A stretch of 64,000 bases of DNA from an uncultured Chloroflexia bacterium (lineage in GTDB: Bacteria; Chloroflexota; Limnocylindria; Limnocylindrales; CSP1-4): contig OY970218.1 in assembly GCA_963713975.1 (NCBI GenBank), positions 2,912,001 through 2,976,000 of the forward strand, in the 5' to 3' direction. The notes beneath the pieces are model-generated. The model was given only the letters and a program-made list of their open reading frames with translations. It was not told the origin of the DNA and made no database searches. The translations under genes and the position numbers were made by a program. Numbering within the stretch: position 1 is the stretch's first letter; every line of letters begins with the position of its first letter. Below, in pieces: positions 55,632 through 64,000 of this stretch.

Positions 55632-56003
55632 ATGAGTCACGCAGTGATGCGCCAGGATGCCGCACCCCGGATCTTCGCGATGGCGTTCGCTTCCGTCTAC
55701 CCGCTCTACCTCGCGAAGGTGGAGAGGAAGGGCCGCACCCGCGACGAGCTGGATGCGGTGATCTGCTGGCTGACCGGCTACGACGAGCCGGAGCTCGCCC
55801 GGCACCTTGCCGCCGGCACGACCTTTGCAGACTTCTTCGCAGGCGCCCGGCTGAACGACAACTCAGCGCTCATCACTGGCGTGATCTGCGGGGTGCGCGT
55901 CGAAACGATCGAGGACCCGCTGATGCAGCAGATCCGCTACCTCGACAAGCTGGTGGACGAGCTCGCCAAGGGCCGCGCACTGGTGAAGGTGCTGCGCAGC
56001 TGA
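55632..56003 (+). CDS. DUF2200 family protein
   Basis: FASVYPLYLAKVERKGRT, ITGVICGVRVE, IRYLDKLVDELAKG. Confidence 0.92.
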   Translation: MSHAVMRQDAAPRIFAMAFASVYPLYLAKVERKGRTRDELDAVICWLTGYDEPELARHLAAGTTFADFFAGARLNDNSALITGVICGVRVETIEDPLMQQIRYLDKLVDELAKGRALVKVLRS

Positions 56004-56052
56004 GCGCCTCGCGTCGGCGCGCGGGGCGGAGTCGGCCGGCGTGCGCCGCGAG

Positions 56053-56577
56053 TCAGGAGCCTCGCTGCGCCGGTGGCGCCGGGAACGTCATCCGATCGAG
56101 CTCCCGGCCGATCCGGTAGGCGTACTCCACGATCGACTGCCAGTCGCGGAAGTCGCCGATGCGATGCGTCTGGAGGACCTGTGAGTCGACGGCCGCGTCC
56201 GGAGCCAGCTTGCCGCCGAACGTCCTGTGGGCACGCGCTCCGAGCCCCGCGGTGACCTCCGCACCGTATGGCGTGATCGGCTGGTCGGCGCGGGCGAGGC
56301 GGCGATCGAGGGGTCCACCGCTGAACAGCCAGAGGGGACGGGCCTGGAGGCCCTCGCGGAAGCGCTCGACGAACCGGCGGGCGTCCCGCTGCCAGTGCGC
56401 CGCATAGACGGCGCTGCCCAGGATCACGGCATCCCAGTCGTCGAGACCCGTGACATCGTGGGCGGGGACGGCAAGCGCGCGATGGCCGCCATCGCGCAGG
56501 ACCTGGGCGATCGTCTCGGCGATCTCACCGGTGGAACCAAGCTTGGTCGCATAGGCGACGAGGACACGAGCTGGCAT
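56053..56577 (-). CDS. flavodoxin-domain protein (Flavodoxin_5/HemG-like)
   Basis: VAYATKLGSTGEIAE, ILGSAVY, WLFSGGP, GDFRDW. Confidence 0.88.
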   Translation of the reverse strand: MPARVLVAYATKLGSTGEIAETIAQVLRDGGHRALAVPAHDVTGLDDWDAVILGSAVYAAHWQRDARRFVERFREGLQARPLWLFSGGPLDRRLARADQPITPYGAEVTAGLGARAHRTFGGKLAPDAAVDSQVLQTHRIGDFRDWQSIVEYAYRIGRELDRMTFPAPPAQRGS

Positions 56578-56667
56578 TGGGTTCCCGTCAATTGCGATCA
56601 CGCCGGTGGATCGGCCGCGACGGGAACATCTTGCCGCCCGGAGCCAAATCGCGCGGAGCGTCGTCGC

Positions 56668-56886
56668 ATGGGCGGGGGAGCCGCCGTCACGAACGGCTGC
56701 AACACCCGCGTGCGCTTGGCCCAGTTCCGCGATGGGCTCTGCGACCTGAACGCCGACTACCGCGAGGCCCTCATCGAGTTCCCGGCGGTGATGGAGCCCA
56801 TTGTGGCGATCCACCCCCTCGGTGGCGGACCCTTCGCGGGCGACGCCGGGCGGATCAAGCCGGGACGGCTCGTGCGGCCGACCTGA
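56668..56886 (+). pseudogene. possible C-terminal remnant of a phenylacetate-CoA ligase-like gene
   Basis: LNADYREA..P..HPLGGGPFAGDAGRIK resembles recalled C-termini of that family. Confidence 0.3.
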
Positions 56887-56925
56887 CGCCCGCCGGGCGG
56901 GGCAGTCAGTCCAGGGCACGAAGAA

Positions 56926-56959
56926 GCCCCCGGTCCCGACAGATGTCCGGACCGGGGGC
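56926..56959 (-). terminator. hairpin/terminator downstream of the 5'-nucleotidase gene
   Basis: GCCCCCGGTCCCG...CGGGACCGGGGGC stem followed by TTCTT on the minus strand. Confidence 0.6.
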
Positions 56960-56981
56960 CGATGATCCCGACGGGATCAGG

Positions 56982-58769
56982 CTAGGGCAGCTCGTTCACC
57001 CGATCGATGCTGGGTGGAGCGATGGGCTGGTAGGTTCCGAGGTAGCCCACGAGCGCCAAGAGGTCGTTGCCGCCATCCAGGCGAGGCGTGGCAACCGTGG
57101 CGAAGGTGGGGAAGTTGTCCCCGCCGTCCGCGAGGAAGTTGCTCACCGTGACGTTGTACGTTCCCGTCGGGTCGAGGGCCACACCGTTCAGCTTCACGTT
57201 GCTCACCGTGACCGACGTGCAGTTGAAGACGCTCCCGACCTGGGTGATGGTCTTGGCGAGATCGTAGGTGAAGCCCTCTGACACCCCGAGGTGCTGGAAG
57301 GGCCGGGCCGAACCAGCTGGCTGGCACTGCTCGTTGAGGACGGCGATGACCTGCGCCCCGGTCATCTCGAATGTGATCAGCGTGTTGCCGAACGGCTGGA
57401 AGGTGAACGCCTCACCGAACGTGACGACGCCGTCGCCTTCGGGCGGGGTCTGCGACTGGGGATACGTGATGTCCGACCTGAGGCCACCGGCGTTCATGAA
57501 GGCGATCTGAGCGCCGTTGGCCGAGGTCGACCACAGCTGGGCGTCAGCCACCAGGTTGCCTGCCGCGGACTCGACACCGCGATCGGCGCCCGGCGGGGTG
57601 CCGCCGCGGGTGATGGTCTCGGTGACCTTCCCGACCGGCGTGTTTCCGGCCACGTCGTACAGCGGCTTCCACCTGGCGATGATGGCCGTCTGCTTCGCGT
57701 TGGGCTTCAGTTTCGACTGGTCCACGACGTGGTTGGTTGCCGTGCTGCGATAGCGATCGACTTCCCCGGTCTTCTTGTCCAGCGCGAGGTTGACCTCGGA
57801 CACCACGCGGCCGTAGGAGTAGGCGCTGGTGACGATCCGCGGCTTGCCCTTCGGATCCTTGATCTTGCAGTTGTAGGGCAGGTGCGTGTGGCCGGTGATG
57901 ATGACGTCGATCTCGGGATCGAGCGCACTGTTGATGTCCACGATCGGGCCCGAGATGCCGACGCAGGCATCGACATCACCCGGAGGCGGCGTCTGGGAGC
58001 CGCCCTCGTGCAGGAGGACGACGATCGCCTCGACACCCTTGCTCTTCAGCTTGGGCACCAGCTTGTTGGCGGTCTCGGCCTCGTCGAGGAAGTCCCAGCC
58101 CTGGATGCCGGCGGCGGCGACGAGAGTGTCGGTTGCCTCCAGCGTCATGCCGATGAACCCGATCTTGATGCCGTCGAACGACTTGATCCAGTAGGGCGGC
58201 AGAGGGGTCTTGCCCGTGGTCTCGTTGACGACGTTGGCGGCAAGCCACTTGAAGTCGGCACCGCCATACGGGTTGGTCGGGAAGTAGCAGCCGTCGACCT
58301 GATGGCAGCCGCCGTACTGCATCCGGATCAGCTCCGTCACGCCCTCGTCGAACTCGTGATTGCCTACGCTCGAGACATCGAGGTGCATCGCGTTGAGTGA
58401 CTCGACGGAGGGCTCATCGTGGAACAGGCCGGAGAAGGCCGGCGAGCCACCGATGAGGTCACCGGCGGCGACCGTCAGGCTGTTCTTGTTGCCCTTGCGC
58501 AGCTTGGAAAGCTCGGCGGCAAGGTACTCGGCTCCGCCGGCGGCAACCCCGTCGATCATGCCGGGCGTGGCGGACTCGAGGTGGCCATGGTAGTCGTTGA
58601 AGGCCAGTAGCTGGACCGGGATGGTCTTGGCGGGTGGGTTGTGCCGCGGCGGGGCGGGCTTGAACCTGTGGTCGGGCTCCTTGCCGACCGCGGTCGCCGC
58701 CATCGTTGCTGTCAGGGCAACCGCGGCGAGGACCGAGAGCATCCTGCGGGGGCCGGGGGTCAAGGGCAC
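56982..58769 (-). CDS. secreted bifunctional metallophosphatase / 5'-nucleotidase
   Basis: GGAGGAG RBS, signal peptide, NDYHG, AGD, GNHEFD, GHTH, NAGGLR, QPFGN, FLADGGD. Confidence 0.93.
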   Translation of the reverse strand: MPLTPGPRRMLSVLAAVALTATMAATAVGKEPDHRFKPAPPRHNPPAKTIPVQLLAFNDYHGHLESATPGMIDGVAAGGAEYLAAELSKLRKGNKNSLTVAAGDLIGGSPAFSGLFHDEPSVESLNAMHLDVSSVGNHEFDEGVTELIRMQYGGCHQVDGCYFPTNPYGGADFKWLAANVVNETTGKTPLPPYWIKSFDGIKIGFIGMTLEATDTLVAAAGIQGWDFLDEAETANKLVPKLKSKGVEAIVVLLHEGGSQTPPPGDVDACVGISGPIVDINSALDPEIDVIITGHTHLPYNCKIKDPKGKPRIVTSAYSYGRVVSEVNLALDKKTGEVDRYRSTATNHVVDQSKLKPNAKQTAIIARWKPLYDVAGNTPVGKVTETITRGGTPPGADRGVESAAGNLVADAQLWSTSANGAQIAFMNAGGLRSDITYPQSQTPPEGDGVVTFGEAFTFQPFGNTLITFEMTGAQVIAVLNEQCQPAGSARPFQHLGVSEGFTYDLAKTITQVGSVFNCTSVTVSNVKLNGVALDPTGTYNVTVSNFLADGGDNFPTFATVATPRLDGGNDLLALVGYLGTYQPIAPPSIDRVNELP

Positions 58770-59082
58770 AATCTCCTCCGTCTCCTGGCTGGGGTTGGAC
58801 TCCGGGGCCCAACGCCCAAAGAGCGTACCCGCCGGCTCCAAGCCAGGGTCATCACGTGGGACCAGGCGGTGACAGGTTGCACCACAATCGGTGCGGCCCT
58901 ATTGCCCTGCGGGGCGCTTGCCGCGGTGGGTGCCGCACTGGAGGCATGGGATCCTCGCGACGTGGCCGAACGAGTACCATGGCGTTCGCGCGACGCACGG
59001 GGACAGTGGTATGCGGGCGCCTCGAACGAGGTGGATCGACGCGGGTGGGGGGGCTCCCCTTCAAGGCTGAGGAGAACCAGGG

Positions 59083-61851
59083 ATGACAGCAGCGACCGAC
59101 AAGGATCATCCGGCGACGGGAGCCCAGCCCGTATGGCACGCGCTCAGTCCTGACGAGGCCCTGGCCGCCCAGGGCGTCACCGTGGATGCCGGGCTCTCGT
59201 CCGCCGATGCCGACGCCCGGCGAGCCAAGGTCGGTCCGAACACCTTCGCCCAGGCGAAGAAGGCGTCGACGTGGCAGCGGTTCAGCCGCCAGTACGCCGA
59301 CCCAATGCAGATCGTGCTGCTGATCGCGGGCATCGTGTGCCTGTTCCTGCCGGGGCAGCTTGCCACCGGCGTGTTCCTGATCCTGCTCACCCTGTTCAAC
59401 GCCTGGATGGCCATGAACCAGGAGGGCAAGGCGGAGGCCAGCGCATCGGCCCTCGAGGGGATGATGGTCGTCAAGGCCAAGGTCCGCAGGAATGGCGATC
59501 TCGTCGAGATCCCGATGGACCAGCTGGTCCCGGGCGACATCGTCAACATCGAGGCGGGCGACCTGGTCCCCGCCGACGCACGCATCCTCACCGCCGCGAC
59601 CCTGGAGATCGATGAGTCCGCGCTTACGGGTGAGAGCGTCCCCACCCCCAAGCAGGTGCAGGCGGTAGCCGCCGATGCGGCCCTCGGGGATCGCATCGAC
59701 CTTGCGTTCATGAACACCCAGGTCACCCGGGGCGCCGGCACGATCCTCGTGGTCACCACGGGGATGGCGACCGAGGTCGGGCACATCAGCGGCATGCTCC
59801 AGGCCACCACGGTCGAGAAGACGCCGCTGACGAAGCAGCTCGATACGCTCACCAACCAGATCCTCATCATTGCCGGCATCGCCCTGGTGGTCTCGACCGC
59901 CCTGGGGCTGGCCCGAGGACTGGAGCTCCAGGTCCTGTTCCTCAGCGCGGTCGCGTTCGCCGTTGCGGCCATCCCCACGGCGCTGCCGGCCGTGACGACG
60001 GCGATCCTGTCCAAGGGCTCCCAGATGCTCGCGGACGCCGGCGCGATCATGAAGCGGCTGCGGTCGGTGGAGACCCTCGGCTCCACGTCCGCGCTCAACT
60101 CGGACAAGACCGGCACCCTCACGCTCAACCAGATGACCGCCGTCCAGATGGCGGTCGTTGGTCGCCGCTACACGATCTCCGGCGACGGCTATTCGACGAC
60201 CGGCCAGATCGCCCACGCGGGTGGCCAGCCGGACGTGCCGCTGGAGCAGTACCTGCTGCCGATGGCGCTGTGCGCCGACGCGGAGGTCCGTGACGGCGGC
60301 CTCGTCGGCGATCCGACCGAGGGTGCGCTCGTGGTCCTCGCCGCCAAGGGTGGCGTGGATCCGTCGCTCACTCGCGAGCGCTACCCGCGCGTCGCGACCC
60401 TGCCGTTCGACGCCGCCTACAAGATGATGGCGACCTTCCACGCGATGAAGGACGCGAGCGGGAAGGACGTGATCCGCGGCTACATCAAGGGCGCGCCAGA
60501 CCAGCTGCTCGCGCGTGCGGTGAGCGCGCACGGCCCTGACGGGACGGAGGTCCCGATCGCCAATATTCGCGACGCCTATCTCGCGGAGAACGACCGGCTC
60601 GGGTCCCAGGGCCTCCGGGTCATGGCGACCGGCCAGAAGGACTTCGACCCGGCAGCGTTCGACAAGGATGCGGACCTCCTGCCCGCCCTCGACGGGCTCA
60701 CGCTGCTGGCGATCGTCGGGATCGTCGATCCGCCGCGACCGGCGGCCAAGGACGCCATCGCGCAGGCGAAGGCTGCCGGCATCCAGGTCCGGATGATCAC
60801 CGGCGACCACGCGATCACGGCCGGGGCGATCGCCCACCAGCTCGGGATCGAGGGGCGGGCCATCACCGGCGCGGAGTTCCGGGCCATGAGTGACGATGAG
60901 GCCATCCGCGAGGTTGACGGGATCGGCGTCATCGCCCGGGTGTCCCCCGAGGACAAGGTTCACCTCGTGGACATCCTGCGCAAGAAGGGCCATGTCGTCG
61001 GGATGACCGGGGACGGCGTGAACGACGCGCCCGCGCTGAAGAAGGCCGACATCGGCATCGCGATGGGGGTCACCGGTACGGAGGTCTCCAAGCAGGCCGC
61101 CGTGATGATCCTCACGGACGACAACTACGCGACCATCGTGAAGGCCGTCGGGCTCGGCCGCTCCGTCTACGACAACCTGCTGCGGTTCATCCGCTTCCAG
61201 ATGGCAGGCCTGTTCGGGTTCATCGCCACGTTCCTGGGCTCGTCGGTGTTCGACATCCTCGGCGGGATCCCGTTCCTCCCACTCCAGACCATGTGGTTGA
61301 ACTTCACCGTCAACGTGTTCCAGGCGATCGGGCTGGGGTATGGCAGGCCGCGTGAGGGCCTCATGAAGGTCCCGCCCCGGCCGAAGGAGCAGAAGATCAT
61401 CCCCGGGCGCCTGATGCGCTGGCTCGTGTCCGTCGGACTCGTGATGGCAGCAGGAACCCTGGGCGTGATGGCGTGGGCAACGACGGCGTTCCCGTCCGAC
61501 AACAGCGTGATCGCGCAGACGATGGGCGTGACCACGTTCGCCTTGTTCCGCCTGTTCTCCTCGCTCGAGACCGCGGACGCGGACGAGTCGCTGTTCAGCG
61601 GATCCATCCTCGCGAACCGCCCGCTTCTCGTCGCGACCGGCCTGTCCGTGCTCACGATCGTCCTCGCCACCGAGCTCGGCTTCCTGCAGAACGCCCTCGG
61701 CATGGTCAGCCTGACCGGGGAGCAGTGGCTCGTCTGCCTCGGCGTCTCGCTGTCGCTGGTCGTCGTCGAGGAAGTGCGCAAGCTGCTCAAGGTCCGGACC
61801 GGCGACGTGCCGGCCGTGGCACCGGCCACTCCGGCCACCGCAGCGGCGTAG
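59083..61851 (+). CDS. type II-like cation-transporting P-type ATPase
   Basis: LTGES, DKTGTLT, KGAP, MITGD, TGDGVNDAPAL. Confidence 0.95.
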   Translation: MTAATDKDHPATGAQPVWHALSPDEALAAQGVTVDAGLSSADADARRAKVGPNTFAQAKKASTWQRFSRQYADPMQIVLLIAGIVCLFLPGQLATGVFLILLTLFNAWMAMNQEGKAEASASALEGMMVVKAKVRRNGDLVEIPMDQLVPGDIVNIEAGDLVPADARILTAATLEIDESALTGESVPTPKQVQAVAADAALGDRIDLAFMNTQVTRGAGTILVVTTGMATEVGHISGMLQATTVEKTPLTKQLDTLTNQILIIAGIALVVSTALGLARGLELQVLFLSAVAFAVAAIPTALPAVTTAILSKGSQMLADAGAIMKRLRSVETLGSTSALNSDKTGTLTLNQMTAVQMAVVGRRYTISGDGYSTTGQIAHAGGQPDVPLEQYLLPMALCADAEVRDGGLVGDPTEGALVVLAAKGGVDPSLTRERYPRVATLPFDAAYKMMATFHAMKDASGKDVIRGYIKGAPDQLLARAVSAHGPDGTEVPIANIRDAYLAENDRLGSQGLRVMATGQKDFDPAAFDKDADLLPALDGLTLLAIVGIVDPPRPAAKDAIAQAKAAGIQVRMITGDHAITAGAIAHQLGIEGRAITGAEFRAMSDDEAIREVDGIGVIARVSPEDKVHLVDILRKKGHVVGMTGDGVNDAPALKKADIGIAMGVTGTEVSKQAAVMILTDDNYATIVKAVGLGRSVYDNLLRFIRFQMAGLFGFIATFLGSSVFDILGGIPFLPLQTMWLNFTVNVFQAIGLGYGRPREGLMKVPPRPKEQKIIPGRLMRWLVSVGLVMAAGTLGVMAWATTAFPSDNSVIAQTMGVTTFALFRLFSSLETADADESLFSGSILANRPLLVATGLSVLTIVLATELGFLQNALGMVSLTGEQWLVCLGVSLSLVVVEEVRKLLKVRTGDVPAVAPATPATAAA

Positions 61852-61878
61852 TCCGCGCCGCCAGAAAGGAACCGATCG

Positions 61879-62751
61879 ATGGCGAAGAAGAAGAAGCACA
61901 AGAAGGACGCCGGCTCGGCGCTGGTCGAGGCGACGCCGGTCGCCGAGGCCGCTGCGTCGGCGCCGTCCGGGCCGCCGGCAAAGATGAAGACCAAAGACTA
62001 CGAGCGCGAGCTGGAGCGACTCCAGGGCGAGCTCGTCGCGATGCAGGAGTGGGTGAAGGCGTCCGGTGCCAAGGTCTGCATCGTGTTCGAGGGCAGGGAT
62101 ACCGCCGGCAAGGGAGGCGTGATCAAGCGGATCACTGAGCGGGTCAGCCCCCGGGTGTTCAAGGTCGTCGCCCTCTCGGCCCCGACCGACCGCGAGCGGT
62201 CCCAGATGTACGTCCAGCGCTACCTGCCGCACTTCCCGGCCGGGGGTGAGGTCGTGATCTTCGACCGCAGCTGGTACAACCGCGCCGGCGTCGAGCGGGT
62301 CATGGGCTTCTGCACGCCCGAGCAGACGGAGCAGTTCCTGGCGCAGGCACCGGCCGTCGAGAAGGCCATGGTCGACGCCGGGATCATCCTGGTGAAGTAC
62401 TGGCTCGAGGTCACGTCGGACGAGCAGACCCGCCGTCTCGAGGGTCGCGTGACGGATCCCAGGAAGGTCTGGAAGCTGACCGACATGGACCTCCAGTCCT
62501 ACGGCCGCTGGTACGACTACTCGCGGGCCCGGGACGCCATGCTGGCCACGACCGACACGGACTGGGCCCCGTGGCACATCGCGCACACCGATGACAAGAA
62601 GCGGGGACGGCTCAACATCATCAGCCACCTCCTGAGCCAGGTGCCCTACGAGCCGCTCGCGCCCCGGGACGTCAAGTTCCCGAAGCGCCAGGCGAAAGGC
62701 AAGTACGTGGAGCCGGACCTGCCCCTGAAGCACATTCCCGAGCCCTTCTGA
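61879..62751 (+). CDS. ppk2: polyphosphate kinase 2
   Basis: FEGRDTAGKGG, FDRSWYNRAGVERVMGFC, DDKKRGRLN. Confidence 0.96.
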   Translation: MAKKKKHKKDAGSALVEATPVAEAAASAPSGPPAKMKTKDYERELERLQGELVAMQEWVKASGAKVCIVFEGRDTAGKGGVIKRITERVSPRVFKVVALSAPTDRERSQMYVQRYLPHFPAGGEVVIFDRSWYNRAGVERVMGFCTPEQTEQFLAQAPAVEKAMVDAGIILVKYWLEVTSDEQTRRLEGRVTDPRKVWKLTDMDLQSYGRWYDYSRARDAMLATTDTDWAPWHIAHTDDKKRGRLNIISHLLSQVPYEPLAPRDVKFPKRQAKGKYVEPDLPLKHIPEPF

Positions 62752-62974
62752 CCGATCCGGGCGGGGCCGAGGGCGTCGGCACCGCCCGCGGGCCTGGCCG
62801 CGCGGGCCCCTGGCCTCGCGGGCGCGCATGGCTCCTGCCGCGCGACGCGCTGAACCTTCAACGCGCCGGTCTACTATCGCACTTGCGCAACTACGCAAGC
62901 CGGTGGTATGGTCGGGACGTCGCCGGTACCGCGCGGGATCGTCACCCCGCGCCGGCAGGAAGAGGATTCACGAC

Positions 62975-63373
62975 GTGGAGATGATCATCGACTTCCCGGG
63001 CGGCGCGCGTGTCGACGCCCATTTCGGCGAGTTCGCCGTTCCGACGGATCAGCCGCCGTCGGGCGGGGGACAGGGTTCGGCGCCGACGCCCTTCGCGACC
63101 TTCCTGTCGTCCATCGGGACGTGCGCCGGCATCTACGTCCTGGGCTTCTGCCGGCAGCGCGGCATCCCGACCGAGGGCATCCGCCTGGTCCAGCGGATGG
63201 AGACGGACCCGGCGACGCGGCTGGTGAGCGACGTGCAGGTCACGATCGAGCTGCCCGCGGGGTTTCCCGAGAAGTACGCGGAGGCGGTGGTCCGGTCGGC
63301 GGAGCAGTGCGCTGTGAAGAAGCACTTCGAGCACCCGCCGGCCATCCACGTCAACAGCAGCCTGGCGAGCTGA
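62975..63373 (+). CDS. OsmC family protein
   Basis: TDQP..GG..APTP..FL..IGTCAG, QCAVKK. Confidence 0.9.
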   Translation: MEMIIDFPGGARVDAHFGEFAVPTDQPPSGGGQGSAPTPFATFLSSIGTCAGIYVLGFCRQRGIPTEGIRLVQRMETDPATRLVSDVQVTIELPAGFPEKYAEAVVRSAEQCAVKKHFEHPPAIHVNSSLAS

Positions 63374-63472
63374 CCTCCCGGGCGCGCCCCGCACCCGTCG
63401 CGGGGCGTCCTGACCCGGCCATGCGAGCGCCGGGCCCCGCCTGACGCGCGCAGTCGGTACCCTTGACCGACG

Positions 63473-64000
63473 ATGCCAGCCGAGTTCATCTATACCGCGT
63501 ATAAGCTCGCCCGCCACTACCCGCCGGATCGGACGGTGCTCGAGGACATCTCGATCTCGTTCTATCCGGGGGCCAAGATCGGGGTCATCGGCCCGAACGG
63601 GGCGGGCAAGTCCAGCCTGCTCAAGATCATGGCGGGGCTGGATGACGGGTTCACCGGGGAGGCCAGGCTCACGCCCGGCTTCACTGTGGGCTACCTCAGC
63701 CAGGAACCGCAGCTCGACCCAGGCAAGGACGTCAAGGGCAACGTCCTCGATGGCGTCGGCGAGGTGCACGGCCTGATCGAGCGCTACAACGCGGTGATGG
63801 CCAAGTGGTCCGAGGCCGACGCTGACTACGAGGCCATCGGCGCCGAACAGAGCGCCCTCGAGGACCGGATCAACGCCGCCGACGCGTGGAACCTCGAGCG
63901 CAACGTCGATATCGCCATGGACGCGCTGCGCTGCCCGCCCGACGATGCCGACGTCTCAATCCTGTCCGGCGGCGAGAAGCGCCGCGTGGCGCTCTGCAGG
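63473..64000 (+). CDS. ettA: energy-dependent translational throttle protein EttA (partial, runs off the window)
   Basis: MPAEFIYT..ISFYPGAKIGVIGPNGAGKSSLLKIMAG..LSQEPQLD..LSGGEKRRVALC. Confidence 0.93.
   Translation, partial: MPAEFIYTAYKLARHYPPDRTVLEDISISFYPGAKIGVIGPNGAGKSSLLKIMAGLDDGFTGEARLTPGFTVGYLSQEPQLDPGKDVKGNVLDGVGEVHGLIERYNAVMAKWSEADADYEAIGAEQSALEDRINAADAWNLERNVDIAMDALRCPPDDADVSILSGGEKRRVALCR

Noticed and set aside
58852-62898. 1348-aa minus-strand ORF and other long antisense ORFs (e.g. 25653-28109, 49897-52149)
   Set aside because: Shadow frames of real high-GC genes; no motifs

Overview
High-GC bacterial chromosome segment. The gene order (ruvX-mltG-pepP-efp, xseAB-dxs-tlyA-nadK-recN-xerD, scpAB-rluB-cmk-plsC-ispH-der) in this GC range suggests Chloroflexota, possibly Limnocylindria-like (inference). 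Most of the window is housekeeping or metabolic: molybdopterin genes, a FadF/acyl-CoA dehydrogenase/ETF cluster, nrdR-dcd, ccdA/tlpA, a globin, a P-type ATPase, ppk2, ettA and two tRNAs (Pro-GGG, Arg-CCT). The main accessory feature is a ~8.75 kb element integrated at the 3' end of tRNA-Arg(CCT), bounded by a 16-bp direct repeat (46671-46686 and 55419-55434). It resembles a capsid-less phage satellite: large serine integrase, TerS-like HTH protein, degenerate HNH, AAA_25 helicase, an iteron-like GGTGCG array, and a divergent DUF5343-TIGR02391-Mrr cargo operon. Two features stand out. (i) The att core lies inside the integrase ORF, so excision would swap the C-terminus from tRNA-antisense-encoded DSNRRRQP to VLGERRSHADPLGWYVGAA, which resembles an ssrA degron. 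(ii) The element has no obvious repressor gene but carries an NrdR-box-like site abutting a leftward promoter, matching the boxes upstream of the host nrdR. Family names come from motif recognition, not database searches.
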